Assembly: GCA_050261575.1 (NCBI GenBank)
Contig: JBLNDL010000095.1
Location: forward strand, 1-43,136
Source of the DNA: Sphingomonadaceae bacterium
GTDB lineage: Bacteria > Chloroflexota > UBA6077
DNA length: 43,136 bases
Reading direction: 5' to 3'
In this document: positions 8,490-16,427 of the stretch, piece by piece
Numbering within the stretch: the stretch's first letter is position 1
How the letters are laid out: each line of letters starts with the position of its first letter
Translations under genes and position numbers: made by a program
Notes under the pieces: generated by a model
The model's input: only the letters and a program-made list of their open reading frames with translations
What the model was told of the DNA's origin: nothing
Database searches by the model: none

Positions 8490-9476
8490 CTATCCCTTCC
8501 TGGAGCGCGCCAGAGACCTGGCCATCCTCTCCAGTTTGAACACCGTGGTGAACTCCGCGTTCTTACTCATCCAGAGCTGCTGACCGATGATGGCCTGGGT
8601 CAGAGACCCTTGGTACGACAGGCTCTTCACCAAGACCCCGAGATCGCCGCACACCACAGTGAAATCCGGCGGATCCGCCCCATCGTCCGACACAATGAGC
8701 GAACCGTCCCTGATCTCCAACATCAACACCCCGCCCCTGGCCTTCACCAGGATCCTTCGGTGCCAGCCAGCGATGTCGCTCCGGGCCCTCTCGCAGCCGT
8801 TCAACTCCGACGCCAACTCCTTCAATCGGGCAACGGCCTCTCGGAAGGCAAGCAGATCTTCCTCCGTGGCCTCGGCTAGAGGCGGCTCCACCGCGGACTC
8901 CCAATCCAATTCCGACTCCAGCAGCCCCCGCGTAGCCACCTGCTCCGGCGTCAACTCCGAGGTGGGGACGCAGAATACGTCGCTGATCTCGCCCACCCGA
9001 TCGTTACGGAAGACGACCTTCACCTCTGTGTCCTTCTTGACGAGACCCGGCACCAGGATCCCCCTGGTGGTGTAGACGTTGACGCTGAGAGCCGTGTCCG
9101 CCCCATCCAGCACCACCCGTCCGCGGCCAAAGGGCACCTGCTGCTGGAAGAGGGCGTTGGCGAAGTAGGTGATGGGCGGGGTGCTCAGCATCCGCCCCAC
9201 GTCCCCCACTGGCACCAGCACGGTGGGGGCGAAATCACAGTCGGGACAGCGAGTGGCATACGGGGGGACCCGAACGATTCCGCAGGACTGGCATCGGGCT
9301 CCCAGGATCACCCGGTCGTCCCGCAGCGCCAGGAAAAAGGGGGATAGCTCTCCCATGGATCGCTTGTAGAAGGTGAACATAGCATCGTTCAGTACCAGAT
9401 AGTCCCGCTCCTCGATGCGAACCACCTGTCCACCCTGCCCGGGGATCGCCTCGTCGGGTATCAACCTTCTGCCCAT
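8490..9476 (-). CDS. DUF35-type Zn-ribbon/OB-fold protein with C-terminal SCP2-like domain
   Basis: CxxC...CxxC (RCQSC, RCPDC), OB-fold middle, SCP2-like C-terminus; adjacent to thiolase-like gene. Confidence 0.75.
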   Translation of the reverse strand: MGRRLIPDEAIPGQGGQVVRIEERDYLVLNDAMFTFYKRSMGELSPFFLALRDDRVILGARCQSCGIVRVPPYATRCPDCDFAPTVLVPVGDVGRMLSTPPITYFANALFQQQVPFGRGRVVLDGADTALSVNVYTTRGILVPGLVKKDTEVKVVFRNDRVGEISDVFCVPTSELTPEQVATRGLLESELDWESAVEPPLAEATEEDLLAFREAVARLKELASELNGCERARSDIAGWHRRILVKARGGVLMLEIRDGSLIVSDDGADPPDFTVVCGDLGVLVKSLSYQGSLTQAIIGQQLWMSKNAEFTTVFKLERMARSLARSRKG

Positions 9477-9502
9477 GTCACGTCACTCCCTACAGGTCCT
9501 GG

Positions 9503-10702
9503 CTAGTCCCCACGCTCGAGAACGAAGGCGACGCCGTACTGGGCGACGGTGCTGCCGGTACCGTGCACCAGCGCTCGACGCAACTCCCGGTCGATCAGCT
9601 CCTTTCGGGCGGACCAAGCGGACATCAGGTTGCTTGCTCCCACGGCGTGTCCGCAGTACACGAGGCCTCCGCTGGGGTTCAGCAGCAGCTTCCCGCCGGG
9701 CATTATGGTGCCATCCTCCACCAGGCTGTCCGCCCGCCCGAGGGGGGCGAACCCCATCTCGGCCATCGTGATCTCCAGTTGAGGGACGAACGCGTCGTGC
9801 GCCTCCACAACGTCGATCTCCTCTACGGGATCCTTGATGCCCGCCATCTCGTACGCCTTGGAGGCGGCGATGTGGTCCGAGAGGATCCGATGCATCACCT
9901 TCTGGTTCCTGCCAGCGAAGGAGTGTTCGTTGGCCTCGCCGACCCCGGTGATCCAGATCACCGGGGTCCCGGTGTTGCGGGACACCCCCAATGCGGTGTC
10001 CTCGTCAGCCACGATCAGCGCAGCGGCACCCTCGGAGTAGACGCAGATCTCCAGCTCCTTGAAGGGGTAGACAACCACTCGGGAGTTCATCACCTCCTCG
10101 GGGGTGACCTGGTCGTGCTGGCGCTGGGCGAAGGGGTTGGTTTTCACCTGTTGGCTGAGGAGCGCGGAGATCTGGCTGGTTACCTCCGGCTTCAGGTCCC
10201 CTGGGTGCTCGTCCACGTAGGCCAGCACCACCTCCGCGTAGCTGTCCGAAGCGGTCCACCCCAGCTTCTGCTCGAAGAAGCTGTCCCCCGACCACCCTAT
10301 CGTCTTGATCACCTCGGGCGTGGCCGACATCGACTGGTAGTCGAAGCAGTCGGTGGCCTTCTCGACCCCGAGCACCAGTACGGCCTTGAAGCGACCGGCG
10401 GCCACGTAGGCGTGGGCGGCCGAGAGGGCGTAGGCACCCGTGGCACCGCCGCTGCTGATGCGGATGCCGAACTTGTTCTGCATCCCGAGGAGCCCCTGCA
10501 GGGCGTGCTCCGGTATGCAGGTCCGTTGGAATATGTCGTTGTATATGCCGTAGAAGACCCCGTCCATCTCGTCCACCGACATCCCGGCATCTCGCAGGGC
10601 CTCGGCGGTCGCCATTTGGGCCAGTTCGTAGTAGGTCTTCTCGTACCACTTGCTCTTAAAGGGTGTTACCGCTGCCCCAACTATCCCGACGCGCCCAGCC
10701 AT
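9503..10702 (-). CDS. SCP-x-type thiolase-fold protein lacking the nucleophile Cys
   Basis: GVEK, EAHDAF, NPSGG..GHAVGAS motifs; RISSGGATG at the usual xxxxCASG position. Confidence 0.88.
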   Translation of the reverse strand: MAGRVGIVGAAVTPFKSKWYEKTYYELAQMATAEALRDAGMSVDEMDGVFYGIYNDIFQRTCIPEHALQGLLGMQNKFGIRISSGGATGAYALSAAHAYVAAGRFKAVLVLGVEKATDCFDYQSMSATPEVIKTIGWSGDSFFEQKLGWTASDSYAEVVLAYVDEHPGDLKPEVTSQISALLSQQVKTNPFAQRQHDQVTPEEVMNSRVVVYPFKELEICVYSEGAAALIVADEDTALGVSRNTGTPVIWITGVGEANEHSFAGRNQKVMHRILSDHIAASKAYEMAGIKDPVEEIDVVEAHDAFVPQLEITMAEMGFAPLGRADSLVEDGTIMPGGKLLLNPSGGLVYCGHAVGASNLMSAWSARKELIDRELRRALVHGTGSTVAQYGVAFVLERGD

Positions 10703-10868
10703 ACTCGACGAGCCTCCTGTCGGTGTCTCCCACTTGCCGCACCCTCTAGCAGCCGACGCACATCGGCATCACCGGCCCGCCAGTCGGGCCGTGCCCGCGC
10801 GGCTGTGCTCGCCTCGCGTCCGCGCTCGCGTCACGCTGTGTGTGCGCCCTCACCACGCAACCCAAGTT

Positions 10869-10961
10869 GGGCGGATACGCAGATCCGCCCCCACAACCGA
10901 CCGCGGTCTCCGTACGCCCCGCGCGCGGCTGTGTGCGTCACACGCTGAAGCCCGCGGCTGC
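10869..10961. repeat. Degenerate GTAG-type REP-like palindromes
   Basis: GGGCGGATACGCAGATCCGCCCCCAC (10869-10894) and GCTGAAGCCCGCGGCT shared with 38806-38821. Confidence 0.55.
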
Positions 10962-10967
10962 ATCTCT

Positions 10968-12125
10968 TCATCGGTCCCCCTGGCCCAGCAACCGCGACGC
11001 GATGGTGTTCTTCTGGATCTCCCTCGTCCCCTCGTAGATCTCAGTCACCCGAACGTCCCGGTAGATCCGCTCCACCTCGTGCTCCAGGAGGTAGCCTCTG
11101 CCACCCAGCATCTGGATGGCCTCCTCCGACACCTCCACCGCCACACGACTCGCGAACAGCTTCGCCATGGAGGCAAGCGTCGGGTCCCCGCCGTGGTGGT
11201 CGTGAGCCCAGGCAGCCCGGTAAGTCAGCAGCCTGGCTGCCTCGATCTTCGTTGCCATATCGGCGATCTTGTGGCGAGTGATCTGCAGGTCGGCCAGCCG
11301 TCTGCAAGACTGCCGTCGGCTTCGAACGTGGGATAGCGCACGGTCGAGAGCGGCTTGGGCACCCCCCAACGATTGCGCGGCGACCTCCACACGAGACACA
11401 TCGAGGAACTCCAGGGTGTGGTAGAAGCCCCGGTTCTCCTTTCCCACCAGGTGCTCTACGGGGACCCGAACGTCCTTCAACGAAACCTCCGAGGTGGACG
11501 TCATCTTCAGGCCCATCTTTGCCCCTAGGTCCACGGCCTGAAACCCTGGCCTGTCGGTCTCCACCAGGATCAGGCTCATTCCACGTCGAGGTGGATCCGC
11601 CGAGGGGTCGGTCCTGCAGAGGACGATGATGGCGGAAGCATCCTGACCGTTGGAGATGAGGCTCTTCAGCCCGTTGAGCACGTACCCGTTCCCATCGCGC
11701 AGAGCGGTGGTCCCCACCATCGTGATGTCGCTGCCGTAGTCGGGCTCGGTGAAGGCCACGCCGGTGATGACTTGGCCCGAGGCCACCAGAGGCAGCAGGC
11801 GCCTCCTCTGTTCCACCGTGCCCCATTTCGCGATGAGGTGGGAGCCCAGAGAGCAGAGGGAGAGGGCCATCCCGAGCCCTGGATCCTGCCTGCACAGCGC
11901 CTCGATCACCAGGACACTCCCCAGAAGCCCCGCGTCGCGGCCGCCGTACTCCTCTGGAAGCTGGACTGCGATCAACCGCCGTTCGCCGGCCTTTCGGTGC
12001 AACTCACTCGGATAGCGTCCGGCGAGTTCGCACTCCAGCGCATACTCCCGACGGAACTCGCGCACCGCGAAGGTCCTGGCCTCCTCCTGGAGGGCCCTGT
12101 GCCCGTTCGAGAGCTCGAAATCCAT
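10968..12125 (-). CDS. Acyl-CoA dehydrogenase (paralog 2)
   Basis: FTEPDYGSD, NGLKSLISNG, IYEGT catalytic Glu. Confidence 0.93.
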   Translation of the reverse strand: MDFELSNGHRALQEEARTFAVREFRREYALECELAGRYPSELHRKAGERRLIAVQLPEEYGGRDAGLLGSVLVIEALCRQDPGLGMALSLCSLGSHLIAKWGTVEQRRRLLPLVASGQVITGVAFTEPDYGSDITMVGTTALRDGNGYVLNGLKSLISNGQDASAIIVLCRTDPSADPPRRGMSLILVETDRPGFQAVDLGAKMGLKMTSTSEVSLKDVRVPVEHLVGKENRGFYHTLEFLDVSRVEVAAQSLGGAQAALDRALSHVRSRRQSCRRLADLQITRHKIADMATKIEAARLLTYRAAWAHDHHGGDPTLASMAKLFASRVAVEVSEEAIQMLGGRGYLLEHEVERIYRDVRVTEIYEGTREIQKNTIASRLLGQGDR

Positions 12126-12126
12126 C

Positions 12127-13302
12127 CTACCTCTCCACGCTCACGGCAACCGCTCCGCCGCCGCCGTGGCAGAGCACCGCTATACCTCGATGTAGCCCCA
12201 TCTCCTCCAGCGAGTGCAGCAGCGTCACCAGGATGCGGGCGCCGCTGCAGCCGATGGGATGGCCGAGGGCGAGCGCCCCGCCCTTCACGTTCACCCGATC
12301 GCGGTCCCAGCCCAGCACCCTCTCGGCGGCCAGCACCGTGGCAGCGAATGCCTCGTTGATCTCGATCAGATCCACGTCCTCCAGGGCAAGCCCGGTGCGT
12401 TCGAGCAGCCGCTTCACGGCCTCCGCAGGGGCATCGAACAACCACCGGGGTTCCAGATTGGCGCTCACGCAGCCCGTGATACGGGCACGTACGGGCCAGC
12501 CCCGTTCCCTGGCACGGCTATCCGAGGCGAGCACCAGTGCGGCGGCGCCATCGGAGAGTCCCGGCGAGTTGCCGGCCGTCACGGTGCCTCCCCGTTCGAA
12601 GCTAGGGGCCAGCCGGGCGAGGGCCTCCATGGAGGTGTCCCGCCGCGGCCCTTCGTCGATCTCGATGAGCGTCGGTCCCGTCTTCTCTCGAACCTCCACA
12701 CCCACGATCTCCGGCCGGAATCGACCCGAGTCGGTGGCCGCCACCGCCTTGCGGTGACTCTCCAAGGCCAGCGCATCCTGCTGCTCCCGCGCCAGACCGT
12801 ACTTGCGTGCGATCTCCTCGGCGGAGTTGCCCATATGGTGGTTCTCCCAGGCGCACCAGAGGCCGTCGCTAATTGCGGAGTCCACCAGCTCGCCGGGGCC
12901 CAGCCGGAGACCGGCGCGACTCCCCCTGATCAGGTGGGGAGCCTGACTCATGTTTTCCATGCCGCCCGCGACCACGACGTCCGCCGCCCTCGTCGCGACC
13001 TCCCGAGCCCCCACCACGACGGCTGCAAGGCCAGAGGCGCAGACCTTGTTCACCGTGAGCGCCGACGCCCGCTCCGGCACCCCGGCCGAAATGGCGGCCT
13101 GGCGGGCGGGAGCCATCCCAACACCTGCGGTGAGGACGTGGCCCATCACCACCTCGTCCACCTCAACTGGGTCTACTCCCGCCCTGTCCAGGGCTGCCCT
13201 GATCGCGACCGCACCCAGCCGAGTGGCGGGCACCGAAGACAGGGAGCCCAGGAGCTTGCCCACGGGGGTCCTGGCCGCCCCCACGATCACCACATCTTCC
13301 AT
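12127..13302 (-). CDS. Acetyl-CoA C-acetyltransferase (thiolase)
   Basis: NKVCASG, NEAF, GHPIG and CHGGG catalytic motifs. Confidence 0.95.
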   Translation of the reverse strand: MEDVVIVGAARTPVGKLLGSLSSVPATRLGAVAIRAALDRAGVDPVEVDEVVMGHVLTAGVGMAPARQAAISAGVPERASALTVNKVCASGLAAVVVGAREVATRAADVVVAGGMENMSQAPHLIRGSRAGLRLGPGELVDSAISDGLWCAWENHHMGNSAEEIARKYGLAREQQDALALESHRKAVAATDSGRFRPEIVGVEVREKTGPTLIEIDEGPRRDTSMEALARLAPSFERGGTVTAGNSPGLSDGAAALVLASDSRARERGWPVRARITGCVSANLEPRWLFDAPAEAVKRLLERTGLALEDVDLIEINEAFAATVLAAERVLGWDRDRVNVKGGALALGHPIGCSGARILVTLLHSLEEMGLHRGIAVLCHGGGGAVAVSVER

Positions 13303-13304
13303 GG

Positions 13305-14456
13305 TCACTCCTTCCCCAGAAGGTAGGAGGCGATGGTGTTCTTCTGGATCTCTCTGCTGCCTTCGTAGATCTCAGTGACTCGGATGTCCCGGTAGATCCG
13401 CTCCACCTCGTTGTCCAGGAAGTAGCCGTATCCGCCGAACAGTTGAACCGCCTCCTCGGCCACCTCCACCGCAACCCGGGGTGCGAACAGCTTCGCCATG
13501 GAGGTCAGCATCGGGTTCACGCCCTTGTGGTCGCAGGTCCACGCGGCCTCATAGGTGAGAAGCTTGGCCGCCTCGATCTTCGTGGCCATGTCGGCGATCT
13601 TGTGCTGAGTGACCTGGAAGTCGGCCAGGCGCCGCCCGAACTGCCGCCGCTGCTTCACGTGACCGGTCGCACGGTCGAACGCTGCCTGGGCGCCACCCAG
13701 GGCCTGGGCGGCTATGGCGACTCGGGCCTCGTCGAAGAACTCCAGCATCTGGTAGAAGCCCCGATTCTCCTGCCCCAGCAGGTTTCCCTTTGGAACCCGG
13801 ACGTTCTTCAAGGTCACCTCGGTGGTCGCCATCATCTTCTGGCCCATCTTGTTGCCCAGGTCGACCGCCGCATAGCCGGGCCTGTCGGTTTCCACCAGGA
13901 TCGTGCTGAGTCCACGGTAGGTGGGCCGCGCGCTCGGATCCGTCTTGCAGAGAACCGTCATGAAGTGGGCATCCAGCCCGTTGGTGATGAAGGTCTTCAC
14001 CCCATTGATGACGAACTCGTCCCCGTCCAGGACCGCAGTCGTGTCCAGGTCCGTGACATCGCTTCCGTGGTCGGGCTCGGTGAACGCTGCCCCCGTGACC
14101 ACCTCCCCTGCAACCACCCCCGGCAGGATGCGGCTCTTCTGCTCCTCGGTGCCGAACCTCAGAATCAGCTCGGATCCGAATGGTCGCAGACTGAGGGCGA
14201 CACCCAGACCGGGGTCCTTCCTGCAGAACGCCTCCACCACCAGCGCGTGCTCCAGGACGCCGTACCCCTGGCCGCCGTACTGCTCGGGGAAGTGCACCCC
14301 GATCAGCCCAAGCTCGCACGCCTTCTTGTACAGCTCGGCCGGATATCGGTGGCTGGCGTCGCACGCCAGGGCGTACTCCTTGTCGAACTCGCCTTCGGCG
14401 AACTCCCAGGCCGCCTTCTGTATCGCCTTCTGTTCCTTCGTTAGCTCGAAATCCAT
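13305..14456 (-). CDS. Acyl-CoA dehydrogenase (paralog 1)
   Basis: FTEPDHGSD, NGVKTFITNG, RRQFG, GGYGY, IYEGS. Confidence 0.95.
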   Translation of the reverse strand: MDFELTKEQKAIQKAAWEFAEGEFDKEYALACDASHRYPAELYKKACELGLIGVHFPEQYGGQGYGVLEHALVVEAFCRKDPGLGVALSLRPFGSELILRFGTEEQKSRILPGVVAGEVVTGAAFTEPDHGSDVTDLDTTAVLDGDEFVINGVKTFITNGLDAHFMTVLCKTDPSARPTYRGLSTILVETDRPGYAAVDLGNKMGQKMMATTEVTLKNVRVPKGNLLGQENRGFYQMLEFFDEARVAIAAQALGGAQAAFDRATGHVKQRRQFGRRLADFQVTQHKIADMATKIEAAKLLTYEAAWTCDHKGVNPMLTSMAKLFAPRVAVEVAEEAVQLFGGYGYFLDNEVERIYRDIRVTEIYEGSREIQKNTIASYLLGKE

Positions 14457-14569
14457 CGCCGCCCCTCCTCGCCTCGAATGGCAAAGCGCAGGGTCCGCGG
14501 CCCCCCACGTCTTCCACGCTTCGTCGCGGACTCTGCGACGGGTTCGTCCATGCGCGATACGGTTCGAAT

Positions 14570-15559
14570 CTAAGCCGCCCGCCTAGCCTTGGCCGCGGCG
14601 ATACGGTCCACCAGGGCCGGCACCACCGTAAAGAGGTCACCCACCACTGCGTAGTCGGCCACCCGGAATATGGGGGCGTTGGGATCCTTGTTGATCGCAA
14701 CGACGGTCCCGGAGCGCCTCATTCCCGCCAGGTGCTGGAAGGCTCCGCTGATGCCCACCGCCAGGTAGAGCTTCGGCTGCACCGTCTTGCCAGAAATCCC
14801 CACCTGTCGAGACTTTGGCAGCCACTTCTTGTCCACCACCGGACGCGAGCAGGCCAGCACTCCCCCCAGGGCGGCCGCCAACTCCTCCACCATCGGGAGG
14901 TTCTGCGGATCCCCAATCCCCCGCCCAACCGAGACGATGATGTCGCTCTGGGTGATGTCGTCGTCTCCGGTCTGCGTCTCAACGAACCCCAGGAAGCTCT
15001 TGCGTCCCGCCTCGGGCACGACGCCCCAATCGGTTCGGACCACCTCCCCCAGGACATCCCGCTCGGGCGCTGCCGCGAAAGCTCCGATCTGAACCGTGAC
15101 TATAGCCCCAGTGCCGCGAGCCCGAACCCGCGCCCTTGCCTTGCCGCCGTACATCGGGCGCATCGCTACCACGATCCCATCCGCCAGGTCGACGTCCGTT
15201 GCGTCGGTGATCAACGGAAGACCCACATCCGTTGCCAGTCCCGGCGCCAGTTCCAGGCCGTATGCGGTGTGCCCCATCATGAGCAAGAGCGGCAGCCCCG
15301 CCCTGAGTCTGCGAGCCAGCAATTGCTGATATGCGTCCGAGTTGAAGTGGGCGAGACCGGGATGCTCCACCACCTCGACTACGTCCGCCCGGGCCGCCAA
15401 GGGCGGCACGAGGTCGGCAACAGCATCGCCCAGCAGCAGGGCGACGAGCTTCCCTCCGCGACCGTCGGCAAGCTCGCGGCCTTTGGCCAGCATCTCGTAG
15501 GTTATCTCTCTGATCTCGCCCTTCCGGTGCTCGACCAGTACCAGGATCTCGTTCGTCAT
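14570..15559 (-). CDS. etfA: Electron transfer flavoprotein alpha subunit
   Basis: [36 protein letters not shown] overlap with etfB. Confidence 0.95.
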   Translation of the reverse strand: MTNEILVLVEHRKGEIREITYEMLAKGRELADGRGGKLVALLLGDAVADLVPPLAARADVVEVVEHPGLAHFNSDAYQQLLARRLRAGLPLLLMMGHTAYGLELAPGLATDVGLPLITDATDVDLADGIVVAMRPMYGGKARARVRARGTGAIVTVQIGAFAAAPERDVLGEVVRTDWGVVPEAGRKSFLGFVETQTGDDDITQSDIIVSVGRGIGDPQNLPMVEELAAALGGVLACSRPVVDKKWLPKSRQVGISGKTVQPKLYLAVGISGAFQHLAGMRRSGTVVAINKDPNAPIFRVADYAVVGDLFTVVPALVDRIAAAKARRAA

Positions 15560-16347
15560 CCCACCCACCCTTTGCGCCCGAAGATGGCTACCAACTGCTC
15601 GGCTACGGCGTCCGGGCTGCCTTGCAGCGTCTCCCCGACCTTGTCTGCCCTGGGCAGAAGCAGTTCCTCCACCTCTACCCTCGCGGCTGCAGCGCCCACC
15701 TGCTCGGGTCTGAGGCCCAGTTGGGCCAGCCCCAGCGACGCTATCTCTCGCCGAGCAGCCCGCCTGATACCGGCGATGGGCACGTAGCGTGGCTCGTTGA
15801 TGCCCGTCTGCACCGTGACCAGCGCCGGAATGGCGATCTCCAACTGCTCCTCCAGCCCACCCTCCAGCTCGCGTCGGACCCGCACCTTTCCACTCTCGAC
15901 TTCGATCCGGGTCACCATGGTGGTGCAAGGCAAGCCGAGGAGCTGCGCCACGGCCCCACCCACCTGGCCGTCGCCGTCGTCGCTGGCCATCATCCCGGTC
16001 AGAATCAGATCGTGGGGCAGGTTCCGGATGGCCGCCGCGAGGAGCACGGCGGTGGCGTAGTTGTCACCACCCGCGAAGGCGGGGTCGTCCAGCCGGATCG
16101 CCTCGTCGGCGCCCAGCGCGATGCAGCGTCTGAGGACCTCCTCCACCTCTTCCGACCCCACGCCAACGGCCGTGACGCTACCCCCCAGCCGCTCCTTGAG
16201 CTGGACCGCCTCCTCCATCGCGTAGTTGTCCCATTCGTTGATGTCGAAGGCCAAACCCTCCTTATCGATATCCTTGCCGGTCCTATCGATGGTAATCTCC
16301 GCGTCCGCCGTGTCTGGGACGCACTTGACGATCACGACTATGTCCAA
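15556..16347 (-). CDS. etfB: Electron transfer flavoprotein beta subunit
   Basis: KCVPDT, INEWDNYAMEEA, RRELEGG, INEPRY. Confidence 0.95.
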   Translation of the reverse strand: MDIVVIVKCVPDTADAEITIDRTGKDIDKEGLAFDINEWDNYAMEEAVQLKERLGGSVTAVGVGSEEVEEVLRRCIALGADEAIRLDDPAFAGGDNYATAVLLAAAIRNLPHDLILTGMMASDDGDGQVGGAVAQLLGLPCTTMVTRIEVESGKVRVRRELEGGLEEQLEIAIPALVTVQTGINEPRYVPIAGIRRAARREIASLGLAQLGLRPEQVGAAAARVEVEELLLPRADKVGETLQGSPDAVAEQLVAIFGRKGWVG

Positions 16348-16366
16348 ACCGTGTCTCCAGTCTCAG

Positions 16367-16427
16367 GAATGACTGATGAGTGATGAGCGGAGGTCACTCA
16401 CTGCTCATCACTCATCACTCGTTACTC
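16367..16427. repeat. Heptamer inverted-repeat element, family A
   Basis: ACTGATG AGTGATG AGC ... GCTCATC ACTCATC ACTCGTT ACTC. Confidence 0.85.

Noticed and set aside
7026..8879. Long antisense ORFs (617 aa here; also 3428-4807, 9563-10948, 17779-19389)
   Set aside because: Shadows of well-supported genes on the opposite strand, caused by GC-rich codon bias.
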